A DNA stretch of 64,000 nucleotides from Takakia lepidozioides (Eukaryota > Plantae > Bryophyta): positions 26,784,001-26,848,000 of the forward strand of contig CM060734.1 in assembly GCA_030704615.1 (NCBI GenBank), read 5' to 3'. Both the position numbers and the translations under genes were made by a program. The notes under the pieces are model-generated. The model was not told the origin of the DNA, did no database searches, and worked only from the letters and a program-made list of their open reading frames with translations. Shown piece after piece: positions 50,001 to 63,500 of this stretch; position 1 is the stretch's first letter, and each line of letters opens with the position of its first letter.

Positions 50001-53000
50001 CACCATCATTGAGGAAGCTTCCAGACAGCCACTATTTGGCAACTCCAACGGTGAATCTGAATTGTTGCTCAAATGTTTCGGCCGTTGGGCTCACTGGGAG
50101 GCAGCTAACATTAGCCACTTCTCTCACTTATGGGAAAACGGTGCTCTCATCCCCAGGATTTCGGCCACCTCCAACCTCTCTAATAGAAGGTCTCTGGCTG
50201 GCTGGGATTTGCTTACCAGTGATCTGCGGCAGATTGGATCTCTCTGGCATCCTACCCTGCAAATCTTAGACTGTTACCAGCCTGGATGGAATCTAATTCA
50301 TTGTCGGGCTCTTTGGCCTTCTATGCCATATCCAGATCGGATAATCTCCTCCAGGGCTGGATTTTCCAAGTCAGGGACTCGGGGGCCCTCTTCTCCCCTA
50401 TTCCAGGAAACATGAAAGAAGACCTTTGCTTTCCCATTCGGGTTATTTGTATGGCTACTGGTGAAGTGAACCCTTCGCTGGATCAAGGAAGACACTCAAA
50501 CCCTCATCTTCATTGGTTCCTTCGTGCGCCAATCACTCTTTCGCAGTTTGACCCAGGCGAATGGGTTTGGAAAGACAGAAAACAGATCCCCTTTTTCAAG
50601 TACTCAGTCAAGCTCGGGGCCTCGCTGCTCGAACCCGCCAATTCTATGGATGCCAAATGGTCAGCCAAGTGGTCTCATCTAGCGGATTGCCCTTCTTGGA
50701 GATGCATTTGGAAAGATGTGTGGAGGAAAGAAAGAGCTGCTAAAATCAGTGGATTCTTATGGAAACTAGCTAATAGGATCCTTCCTGTCAAGGCTCACTT
50801 CCCGGATGGCCACATGGGTTGCTCTTCTTGTGGTCTGCAGGCAGTAGAGACAATTGAGCACTGCTTGTTTTATTGCCCTCTGGCTGCTGCTGTCTGGTCT
50901 CATGTTTTGACTTTCTACGGTCAATGGAAACAACCATCGTCTCCCTGTCCTTCCATTTTGCTTTTTGCTGCTAGCAGCTGACAATGACAGCCTACAATTG
51001 TTCCAACAAACACCCAACCCTACTTATCACCCATGTATAATTCAACATGCATCTTAGGGCCAAGTCTGATGAGAGGGAAAAACAGGCTGAAATGTGCCCT
51101 CACCACATTGTCCTTGACCCATGGAGGATTTGACCGACCATCAACCCAAAAGGACCTCTTGTGTGTGTAGTTTGTCTGTAGTCAGGTAATGTCAGATTGG
51201 TCTGTGAGAACCACCACGGTGCAGCTGAGCAGGCAGAGATTGAAACACGGCCTGCTAAGACCTACAAGCTGACTCTCCCAAGAACCTTGTAAACATTAGG
51301 AAGAATACCAAATCATGGTACTCACAGGAGTCAAGAGCCCACCTTTGCAGGATGGACAAACTTCTTCACATCGTACATTAAGAAAAGCCACACCTAGTGA
51401 TTGCAGTTGTCCCACCATCGTGAAAGATCGGTATAAAAAGATTGAAAGCAATCAAAAATTCATTTGAACATCGAACAATGGGTTCACCCTTTGAATCAAT
51501 TTTGATTGACGTGATACTCCACACGTACCTCTGACAAGGTATGTCCAACACACTCGCAATGTTTGAAAGCAATCAAAAATCATTTGAACATCGAACGATG
51601 GGTTCACCCTTTCAATCAATTTTGATTGACTTCATACTTGAGAGGAGCATGTGACAAGGTATGTCCAACACACTCGCAATGTTTGAAAGCAATCAAAAAT
51701 CATTTGAACATCGAACGATGGGTTCACCCTTTCAATCAATTTTGATTGACTTCATACTTGAGAGGAGCATGGGACAAGGTATGTTTAACACACTCGCAAA
51801 GATTGAAAGCAATCAAAAATCATTTCAACATCAAACGATGGGTTCACCCTTTCAATCAATTTTGATTGACTTCATACTTGAGAGGAGCATGTGACAAGGT
51901 ATGTCCAACACACTCGCAAAGATTGAAAGCAATCAAAAATACATTTAAACATCGAACGATCGGTTCACCCTTTCGATCAATTTTGATTGACGTCATACTT
52001 GAGAGGAGCATGTGACAAGGTATGTCCAACACACTCGCAATGTTTGAAAGCAATCAAAAATCATTTGAACATCGAACGATGGTTCACCCTTTGAATCAAT
52101 TTCGATTAACCTGATACTCGACACGTACCTGTGACAAGGTATGTCCAACACACTCGCAATGTTTGAAAGCAATCAAAAATCATTTGAACATCGAACGATG
52201 GGTTCACCCTTTCAATCAATTTTGATTGACTTCATACTTGAGAGGAGCACGTGACAAGGTATGTTTAACACACTCGCAAAGATTGAAAGCAATCAAAAAT
52301 CATTTCAACATCGAACGATGGGTTCACCCTTTCAATCAATTTTGATTGACTTCATACTTGAGAGGAGCATGTGACAAGGTATGTCCAACACACTCGCAAA
52401 GATTGAAAGCAATCAAAAATACATTTAAACATCCAACGATCGGTTCACCCTTTCAATCAATTTTGATTGACGTCATACTTGAGAGGAGCATGTGACAAGG
52501 TATGTCCAACACACTCGCAATGTTTGAAAGCAATCAAAAATCATTTGAACATCGAACGATGATTCACCCTTTGAATCAATTTCGATTGACGTGATACTCC
52601 ACACGTACCTCTTACAAGGTATGTCCAATACAATTTTTCCCAAGGTAGTCTTTGGTCTGATTGCCCTGTCTGGGCCACGATCAGGGCTCACACCTTATGG
52701 CAGCTCTGGAAGGCAAGATGTGCTCATATCTTTGCTGGGAAGCCGAGCAAGGTGAGAGTAATTTTGGGATTGGTTCACTCAGACCTGTTGTCTGAGGCCC
52801 GTAAGGCGTGGTGGGTGTTGAGGGAAGCTCTTTGCAGGGCTGACAACAGAAAACAAGACCAATTCTCGATCACTTCGACAACACTTGGGGCAAGGGTGCA
52901 GCCATCTGCTTCAGAGGTTCTTACACAGACAAAATTCAATGGAAGGACGCCATCCCTGCAAGATGGGAGCTCCTTTAGTTCGCTTTGTTCACCTGCAATC

Positions 53001-53099
53001 GGCGAGGAGTCTGAGGTCAACCGCCAGTCCATCAGAACTACTAGATCTAGGACTCAATTGTCATTTGTTCCCCCCAAGAGGAAACGTGGGAGTTTCTAA
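47080..53099 (+). pseudogene. LINE ORF2: APE endonuclease, reverse transcriptase, zf-RVT
   Basis: Endonuclease: SWNIRG, FLQEHK, NIYAPN, GGDFN, RLDRVY, DH. RT: SPGLDG, YRPITLLN, DFEKAFD, RQGCPLSP, YADD. Zinc finger: CSSC..ETIEHCLFYC. After the insertion, LWQLWKARCAHIF. Stops at 47521, 48781 and 49411, plus frameshifts. Confidence 0.92.
51437..52632 (-). repeat. ~10 monomers of the 120-bp satellite, inverted relative to the main array, inside LINE ORF2
   Basis: Reverse complement of the main monomer, repeated at ~120 bp. Confidence 0.95.
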
Positions 53100-53654
53100 T
53101 TCCTCTTCCCGAGGGCTCCGTTCCTTGGGACGATAGCTCTTGGTGTTTCTCTCAGATTTCGAGATACTAGCTCTTCTCAATAGTCCTTCCGACACCACTG
53201 CCTCTGATACCTTGCGATATCCTTTGCACTCTCCCTGTAGGCAGTTTCTACGATCTGTTCACAAGCTAGCTCCATTTGGGCTCGTTTTTCTCTGTAGTTT
53301 GGTTATGAAGCGGAGACTTCCTGGATCAGCCTCTATGGCACTACATCAGAGGTTATTTTGTCCTCTTTGTATTCTTTTGTCCCCCTGATATAAAGTTTAA
53401 GGGCTTCCATCCCCTTTAATTTGTTTTTAAAAAAAATACTTCAAATTTATTTAAATTCGTTGAAGGGTGAGGGCGATGTTGGGGAAGAAAATGTTTTTTT
53501 TTTTTTGGTTGAATCTTTGCACATGTGTTGCATACATATTCAAGCACATGCGGGCAAAATATGAGCTTCAACCACATCTGTTCAATGGGTGGGATAGCCG
53601 TTCACCCATGAGATGATTTCTTTTCCCCGATGAATAAAATTGGATGACAGGTGA

Positions 53655-54070
53655 ACGTGTCATTGGCCCATTCAATGAATTTCAATTGATCTCATATTAT
53701 TCCGGGACCTGTGACACGGTATACTAAACATACTGCCAGAATTTCAAAGCAAACAAAAAACATTTGGATGGTCAACCATCTGTTGGCCCATTGAACGAAT
53801 TTCGTTTGATCTCATATTACTCTATGACATGTTAGATGGTCTACTGAACATACTGGCAAAGTCTCAAAACAAACAAAAATCATTTGGATGGGCAACCATC
53901 CGTTGAGCCATTGAAAGAATTTCGATTGATCTCCTATTAGTCGGGCACATGTGAGATGATATCTCAAACATACTGGCAAAGTTTTAAAAAAAACAAAAAT
54001 CATTTGGATGGGCAACCATCCATTGGGCCATTGGATGAATTTCGTTTAATTTCCTTTTACTCTGAGACCC
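53655..54070 (-). repeat. Diverged ~120-bp satellite subfamily, ~3.5 monomers
   Basis: Same family as 44432-44775. Confidence 0.75.
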
Positions 54071-54563
54071 GTTTGACTGCGTTTCGTCACCACATGAATT
54101 TTTTTAAATTCCATTATTGAGCCATATGCTTAATGACAACATATGTCATATGCGTGCAAAACCTGGGAGTGAACAAAAGTCATATGGACCCAAAACCACA
54201 TTTTTTCCCTCATTTGCACTCCAAAGTTGATTTGTCTTCAACTTCATGTACTCTTCATAGAGAGTTCTGCAATATTGAGTGAAGAAAACTTTTTATTTGC
54301 CTCCCATTTTTTTTTGGTCCAAGTTTTCGCATGGATGTAGTGGTGTGATGATTGAATTCACCAAACAAAATTGAGCCAAAAATAAAATCATTGCGTAGCA
54401 GAAACCCGCAATGAAAGACATTCCAAATCTAATTATTTACTTAAAATTCATTTAAATTCGATTTTATTCAAAATTGGTTGAAGGGTGAGTGCGTCGTTGG
54501 GGAGGCAAATGTTTTTTTTTCCTGTTGAATCTCTGCACATGTGTTGCACACATATTCAAGCAC

Positions 54564-57500
54564 ATGAATTTTTGATTGCTTTCAATCTTTGCGAGTGTGT
54601 TGGACATACCTTATCACATGCTCCTCTCAAGTATGTAGTCAATCAAAATTGATTGAAAGGGTGAACCCATCGTTCGATGTTCAAATGATTTTTGATTCCT
54701 TTCAAAAAATTGCGAGTGTATTGGACATACCTTGTAAGAGGTACGTGTCGAGTATCAAGTCAATCGAAATTGATTCAAAGGGTGAACCCATCCTTCGATG
54801 TTCAAATGAATTTTTGATTGCTTTCAATCTTTGCGAGTGTGTTGGACATACCTTGTCACATGCTCCTCTCAAGTATGAATTCAATCAAAATTGATTGAAA
54901 GGGTGAACCTATCGTTCGATGTTCAAATGATCTTTGATTGCTTTCAAACATTGCGAGTGTGTTGGACATACCTTGTCAGAGGTATGTGTCGAATATCAGG
55001 TAAATCAAAATTGATTGAAAGGGTAAACCCATCGTTCCATCTTCAAATGATTTTTGATTGCTTTCAAACATTGCGAGTGTGTTGGACATACCTTGTCAAA
55101 TGCTCCTCTCAAGTATGAATTCAATCAAAATTGATTGAAAGGGTGAACCCATCGTTCGATGTTCAAATGATTTTTATTGCTTTCAATCTTTGCATGTGTG
55201 TTGGACATACCTTGTCAGAGGTACGTGTCGAGTATCAGGTCAATCAAAATTGATTCAAAGGGTGAACCATCGTTCGATGTTCAAATGAATTTTTGATTGC
55301 TTTCAATCTTTGCGAGTGTGTTGGACATACCTTCTCACATGCTCCTCTCAAGTATGAAGTCAATCAAAATTGATTGAAAGGGTGAACCTATCGTTCGATG
55401 TTCAAATGATCTTTGATTGCTTTCAAACATTGCGAGTGTGTTGGACATACCTTGTCAAAGGTATGTGTCGACTATCAGGTCAATCGAAATTGATTCAAAG
55501 GGTGAACCCATCGTTCGATGTTCAAATGAATTTTTGATAGCTTTCAATCTTTGCGAGTGTGTTGGACATACCTTGTCACATGCTCCTCTCAAGTATGAAG
55601 TCAATCAACATTGATTGAAAGGGTGAACCTATCGTTCGATGTTCAAATGATCTTTGATTGCTTTCAAACATTGCGAGTGTGTTGGACATACCTTGTCTGA
55701 GGTAGGTGTCGAATATCAGGTCAATCAAAATTGATTGAAAGGGTGATCCCATCGTTCGATGTTCAAATGATTTTTGATTGCTTTCAAACATTGCGAGTGT
55801 GTTGGACATACCTTGTCAAATGCTCCTCTCAAGTATGAATTCAATCAAAATTGATTGAAAGGGTGAACCCATCGTTCGATGTTCAAATGATTTTTCATTG
55901 CTTTCAAACATTGCGAGTGTGTTGGACATACCTTGTCAGAGGTACGTGTCGAGTATCAGGTTAATCGAAATTGATTCAAAGGGTCAACCCATCGTTCGAT
56001 GTTCAAATGAATTTTTGATTGCTTTCAATCTTTGCGAGTGTGTTGGACATACCTTGTTAGAGGTTTGTGTCGAGTATCAGGTCAATCAAAATTGATTGAA
56101 AGGGTGAACCTATCGTTCGATGTTCAAATGATCTTTGAATTCTTTCAAACATTGCGAGTGTATTGGACATACCTTGTCAGAGGTATGTGTCGAATATCAG
56201 GTCAATCAAAATTGATTGAAAAGGTCAACCCATCGTTGGATGTTCAAATGATTTTTGATTGCTTTCAAACATTAGGAGTGTGTTGGACATACCTTGTCAA
56301 ATGCTCCTCTCAAGTATGAATTCAATCAAAATTGATTGAAAGGGTGAACCCATCGTTCGATGTTCAAATGATTTTTGATTGCTTTCAAACATTGCGAGTG
56401 TGTTGGACATACCTTGTCAGAGGTACGTGTGGAGTATCAGGTCAATCGAAATTCATTCAAAGGGTCAACCCATCGTGCGATGTTCAAATGGATTTTTGAT
56501 TGCTTTCAATCTTTGCATGTGTGTTGGACATACCTTGTCACATGCTCCTCTCAAGTATGAAGTCAATCAAAATTGATTGAAAGGGTGAACCCATCGTTCG
56601 ATGTTCAAATGATTTTTGATTGCTTTCAAACATTGCGAGTGTGTTGGACTTACCTTGTCAGAGGTACGTGTGGAGTATTAGGTCAATCGAAATTGATTCA
56701 AAGGGTGAACCCATCGTTCGATGTTCAAATGAATTTTGATTGCTTTCAATCTTTGCATGTGTGTTGGACATACCTTGTCACATGCTCCTCTCAAGTATGA
56801 ATTCAATCAAAATTGATTGAAAGGGTGAACCTATCGTTCGATGTTCAAATGATCTTTGATTGCTTTCAAACATTGCGGGTGTGTTGGACATACCTTGTCA
56901 GAGGTACGTGTCGAGTATCAAGTCAATCGAAATCGATTCAAAGGGTGAACCCATCGTTCGATGTTCAAATGAATTTTTGATTGCTTTCAATCTTTGCGAG
57001 TGTGTTGGACTTACCTTGTTAGAGGTACATGTGGAGTATCAGGTCAATCAAAATTGATTCAAAGGGTGAACCCATCGTTCGATGTTCAAATGAATTTTTG
57101 ATTGCTTTCAATCTTTGCGAGTGTGTCGGACATACCTTGTCACATGCTCCTCTCAAGTATGAAGTCAATCAAAAGTGATTGAAAGGGTGAACCTATCGTT
57201 CGATGTTCAAATGATCTTTGATTGCTTTCAAACATTGCGAGTGTGTTGGACATACCTTGTCACATGCTCCTCTCAAGTATGAAGTCAATCAAAACTGATT
57301 GAAAGGGTGAACCTATCGTTCGATGTTCAAATGATCTTGACTGCTTTCAAACATTGCGAGTGTGTTGGACATACCTTGTCAGAGGTACGTGTGGAGTATC
57401 AGGTCAATCGAAATTGTTTGAAAGGGTGAACCCATCGTTCGATGTTCAAATGAATTTTTGATTGCTTTCAATCTTTGCATGAGTGTTGGACATACCTTGT

Positions 57501-60500
57501 CACATGCTCCTCTCAAGTATGAAGTCAATCAAAATTGATTGAAAGGGTGAACCCATCGTTCGATGTTCCAATGATTTTTGATTGCTTTCAAACATTGCGA
57601 GTGTGTTGGACATACCTTGTCAGAGGTACGTGTAGAGTATAAGGTCAATCGAAATTGATTCAAAGGGTGAACCCATCGTTCGATGTTCAAATGAATTTTT
57701 GATTGCTTTCAATCTTTGCATGTGTGTTGGACATACCTTGTCACATGCTCCTCTCAAGTATGAAGTCAATCAAAATTGATTGAAAGGGTGAACCTATCGT
57801 TCGATGTTCAAATGATCTTTGATTGCTTTCAAACATTGCGAGTGTGTTGGACATACCTTGTCAGAGGTACGTGTCGAGTATCAGGTCAATCGAAATTGAT
57901 TCAAAGGGTGAACCCATCGTTCAATATTCAAATGATTTTTGATTGCTTTCAAACATTGCGAGTGTGTTGGACATACCTTGTCAAATGCTCCTCTCAAGTA
58001 TGAAGTCAATCAAATTGATTGAAAGGGTGAACCCATCGTTCGATGTTCGAATGATTTTTGATTGCTTTCAAACATTGTGAGTGTGTTGGATATACCTTGT
58101 CAGAGGTACGTGTCGAGTATCAGGTCAATCGAAATTGATTCAAAGGGTGAACCCATCGTTCGATGTTCAAATGAATTTTTGATTGCTTTCAATCTTTGCG
58201 AGTGTGTTGGACATACCTTGTCACATGCTCCTCTCAAGTATGAAGTCAATCAAAATTGATTGAAAGGGTGAACCCATCGTTCGATGTTCAAATGATTTTG
58301 ATTGCTTTCAAACATTGCGAGTGTGTTGGACATACCTTGTCAAATGCTCATCTCAAGTATGAATTCAATCAAAATTGATTGAAAGGGTGAACCCATCGTT
58401 CGATGTTCAAATGAATTTTTGATTGCTTTCAAACATTGCGAGTGTGTTGGACATACCTCGTCAAAGGTACGTGTCGAGTATCAGGTCAACCGAAATTGAT
58501 TCAAAGGGTGAACCCATCGTTCGATGTTCAAATGAAATTTTGATTGCTTTCAATCTCTGCGAGTGTGTTGGACATACCTTGTCACATGCTCCTCTCAAGT
58601 ATGAAGTCAATCAAAATTGATTGAAACGGTGAACCTATCGTTCGATGTTCAAATGATCTTTAATTTCTTTCAAACATTGCGAGTGTGTTGGACATACCTT
58701 GTCAAAGGTATGTGTCGACTATCAGGTCAATCGAAATTGATTCAAAGGGTGAACCCATCGTTCGATGTTCAAATGAATTTTGATAGCTTTCAATCTTTGC
58801 GAGTGTGTTGGACATACCTTGTCACATGCTCCTCTCAAGTATGAAGTCAATCAACATTGATTGAAAGGGTGAACCTATCGTTCGATGTTCAAATGATCTT
58901 TGATTGCTTTCAAACATTGCGAGTGTGTTGGACATACCTTGTCTGAGGTAGGTGTCGAATATCAGGTCAATCAAAATTGATTGAAAGGGTGATCCCATCG
59001 TTCGATGTTCAAATGATTTTTGATTGCTTTCAAACATTGCGAGTGTGTTGGACATACCTTGTCAAATGCTCCTCTCAAGTATGAATTCAATCAAAATTGA
59101 TTGAAAGGGTGAACCCATCGTTCGATGTTCAAATGATTTTTCATTGCTTTCAAACATTGCGAGTGTGTTGGACATACCTTGTCAGAGGTCCGTGTCGAGT
59201 ATCAGGTTAATCGAAATTGATTCAAAGGGTCAACCCATCGTTCGATGTTCAAATGAATTTTTGATTGCTTTCAATCTTTGCGAGTGTGTTGGACATACCT
59301 TGTCACATGCTCCTCTCAAGTATGAAGTCAATCAACATTGATTGAAAGGGTGAACCTATCGTTCGATGTTCAAAATGATCTTGATTGCTTTCAAACATTG
59401 CGAGTGTGTTGGACATACCTTGTCTGAGGTAGGTGTCGAATATCAGGTCAATCAAAATTGATTGAAAGGGTGATCCCATCGTTCGATGTTCAAATGATTT
59501 TTGATTGCTTTCAAACATTGCGAGTGTGTTGGACATACCTTGTCAAATGCTCCTCTCAAGTATGAATTCAATCAAAATTGATTGAAAGGGTGAACCCATC
59601 GTTCGATGTTCAAATGATTTTTCATTGCTTTCAAACATTGCGAGTGTGTTGGACATACCTTGTCAGAGGTACGTGTCGAGTATCAGGTTAATCGAAATTG
59701 ATTCAAAGGGTCAACCCACGTTCGATGTTCAAATGAATTTTTGATTGCTTTCAATCTTTGCGAGTGTGTTGGACATACCTTGTAGAGGTTTGTGTCGAGT
59801 ATAAGGTCAATCAAAATTGATTGAAAGGGTGAACCTATCGTTCGATGTTCAAATGATCTTTGAATTCTTTCAAACATTGCGAGTGTATTGCACATACCTT
59901 GTCAGAGGTATGTGTCGAATATCAGGTCAATCAAAATTGATTGAAAGGGTCAACCCATCGTTGGATGTTCAAATGATTTTTGATTGCTTTCAAACATTAG
60001 GAGTGTGTTGGACATACCTTGTCAAATGCTCCTCTCAAGTATGAATTCAATCAAAATTGATTGAAAGGGTGAACCCATCGTTCGATGTTCAAATGATGAT
60101 TTTGATTGCTTTCAAACATTGCGAGTGTGTTGGACATACCTTGTCAGAGGTACGTGTGGAGTATCAGGTCAATCGAAATTCATTCAAAGGGTCAACCCAT
60201 CGTGCGATGTTCAAATGGATTTTTGATTGCTTTCAATCTTTGCATGTGTGTTGGACATACCTTGTCACATGCTCCTCTCAAGTATGAAGTCAATCAAAAT
60301 TGATTGAAAGGGTGAACCCATCGTTCGATGTTCAAATGATTTTTGATTGCTTTCAAACATTGCGAGTGTGTTGGACTTACCTTGTCAGAGGTACGTGTGG
60401 AGTATTAGGTCAATCGATAATTGATTTCAAAGGGTGAAACCCATCGTTCGATGTTCAAATGAATTTTTGATTGCTTTCAATCTTTGCATGTGTGTTGGAC

Positions 60501-63500
60501 ATACCTTGTCACATGCTCCTCTCAAGTATGAAATTCAATCAAAATTGATTGAAAGGGTGAACCTATCGTCGATGTGTCAAATGATCCTTGATTGCTTTCA
60601 AACATTGCGGGAGTGTGTTGGACATACCTTGTCAGAGGTACGTGTCGAGTATCAAGTCAATCGAAATTGATTCAAAGGGTGAACCCATCGTTCGATGTTC
60701 AAATGAATTTTTGATTGCTTTCAATCTTTGCGAGTGTGTTGGACTTACCTTGTTAGAGGTACATGTGGAGTATCAGGTCAATCAAAATTGATTCAAAGGG
60801 TGAACCCATCGTTCGATGTTCAAATGATTTTTGATTGCTTTCAATCTTTGCGAGTGTGTCGGACATACCTTGTCACATGCTCCTCTCAAGTATGAAGTCA
60901 ATCAAAAGTGATTGAAAGGGTGAACCTATCGTTCGATGTTCAAATGATCTTTGATTGCTTTCAAACATTGCGAGTGTGTTGGACATACCTTGTCACATTG
61001 CTCCTCTCAAGTATGAAGTCAATCAAAAACTGATTGAAAGGGTGAACCTATCGTTCGATGTTCAAATGATCTTTGACTGCTTTCAAACATTGCGAGTGTG
61101 TTGGACATACCTTGTCAGAGGTACGTGTGGAGTATCAGGTCAATCGAAATTGTTTGAAAGGGTGAACCCATCGTTCGATGTTCAAATGAATTTTTGATTG
61201 CTTTCAATCTTTGCATGAGTGTTGGACATACCTTGTCACATGCTCCTCTCAAGTATGAAGTCAATCAAAATTGATTGAAAGGGTGAACCCATCGTTCGAT
61301 GTTCCAATGATTTTTGATTGCTTTCAAACATTGCGAGTGTGTTGGACATACCTTGTCAGAGGTACGTGTAGAGTATAAGGTCAATCGAAATTGATTCAAA
61401 GGGTGAACCCATCGTTCGATGTTCAAATGAATTTTTGATTGCTTTCAATCTTTGCATGTGTGTTGGACATACCTTGTCACATGCTCCTCTCAAGTATGAA
61501 GTCAATCAAAATTGATTGAAAGGGTGAACCTATCGTTCGATGTTCAAATGATCTTTGATTGCTTTCAAACATTGCGAGTGTGTTGGACATACCTTGTCAG
61601 AGGTACGTGTCGAGTATCAGGTCAATCGAAATTGATTCAAAGGGTGAACCCATCGTTCGATGTTCAAATGATTTTTGATTGCTTTCAAACATTGCGAGTG
61701 TGTTGGACATACCTTGTCAAATGCTCCTCTCAAGTATGAATCAATCAAAATTGATTGAAAGGGTGAACCCATCGTTCGATGTTCGAATGATTTTTGATTG
61801 CTTTCAAACATTGCGAGTGTGTTGGATATACCTTGTCAGAGGTACGTGTCGAGTATCAGGTCAATCGAAATTGATTCAAAGGGTGAACCCATCGTTCGAT
61901 GTTCAAATGAATTTTTGATTGCTTTCAATCTTTGCGAGTGTGTTGGACATACCTTGTCACATGCTCCTCTCAAGTATGAAGTCAATCAAAATTGATTGAA
62001 AGGGTGAACCCATCGTTCGATGTTCAAATGATTTTTGATTGCTTTCAAACATTGCGAGTGTGTTGGACATACCTTGTCAAATGCTCATCTCAAGTATGAA
62101 TTCAATCAAAATTGATTGAAAGGGTGAACCCATCGTTCGATGTTCAAATGAATTTTTGATTGCTTTCAAACATGCGAGTGTGTTGGACATACCTTGTCAA
62201 AGGTACGTGTCGAGTATCAGGTCAACCGAAATTGATTCAAAGGGTGAACCCATCGTTCGATGTTCAAATGAAATTTTGATTGCTTTCAATCTCTGCGAGT
62301 GTGTTGGACATACCTTGTCACATGCTCCTCTCAAGTATGAAGTCAATCAAAATTGATTGAAAGGGTGAACCTATCGTTCGATGTTCAAATGATCTTTAAT
62401 TTCTTTCAAACATTGCGAGTGTGTTGGACATACCTTGTCAAAGGTATGTGTCGACTATCAGGTCAATCGAAATTGATTCAAAGGGTGAACCCATCGTTCG
62501 ATGTTCAAATGAATTTTTGATAGCTTTCAATCTTTGCGAGTGTGTTGGACATACCTTGTCACATGCTCCTCTCAAGTATGAAGTCAATCAACATTGATTG
62601 AAAGGGTGAACCTATCGTTCGATGTTCAAATGATCTTTGATTGCTTTCAAACATTGCGAGTGTGTTGGACATACCTTGTCTGAGGTAGGTGTCGAATATC
62701 AGGTCAATCAAAATTGATTGAAAGGGTGATCCCATCGTTCGATGTTCAAATGATTTTTGATTGCTTTCAAACATTGCGAGTGTGTTGGACATACCTTGTC
62801 AAATGCTCCTCTCAAGTATGAATTCAATCAAAATTGATTGAAAGGGTGAACCCATCGTTCGATGTTCAAATGATTTTTCATTGCTTTCAAACATTGCGAG
62901 TGTGTTGGACATACCTTGTCAGAGGTCCGTGTCGAGTATCAGGTTAATCGAAATTGATTCAAAGGGTCAACCCATCGTTCGATGTTCAAATGAATTTTTG
63001 ATTGCTTTCAATCTTTGCGAGTGTGTTGGACATACCTTGTCACATGCTCCTCTCAAGTATGAAGTCAATCAACATTGATTGAAAGGGTGAACCTATCGTT
63101 CGATGTTCAAATGATCTTTGATTGCTTTCAAACATTGCGAGTGTGTTGGACATACCTTGTCTGAGGTAGGTGTCGAATATCAGGTCAATCAAAATTGATT
63201 GAAAGGGTGATCCCATCGTTCGATGTTCAAATGATTTTTGATTGCTTTCAAACATTGCGAGTGTGTTGGACATACCTTGTCAAATGCTCCTCTCAAGTAT
63301 GAATTCAATCAAAATTGATTGAAAGGGTGAACCCATCGTTCGATGTTCAAATGATTTTTCATTGCTTTCAAACATTGCGAGTGTGTTGGACATACCTTGT
63401 CAGAGGTACGTGTCGAGTATCAGGTTAATCGAAATTGATTCAAAGGGTCAACCCATCGTTCGATGTTCAAATGAATTTTTGATTGCTTTCAATCTTTGCG

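Larger units (their letters stand above)
44780..53436 (+). mobile_element. L1-clade LINE, near full length, degenerate, interrupted at ~50974-52632
   Basis: ORF1 and ORF2 below, plus a T/A-rich 3' end with an A-run at ~53429-53437. The 5' boundary is approximate. Confidence 0.88.

Noticed and set aside
50979-52632. Solo LTR (TG...CA ends)
   Set aside because: No 4-6 bp TSD, and the terminal CA is part of the satellite monomer.
59370-61030. Cluster of indels as a distinct satellite variant
   Set aside because: Scattered 1-2 bp indels confined to one HOR copy look like consensus errors and cannot be trusted without reads.
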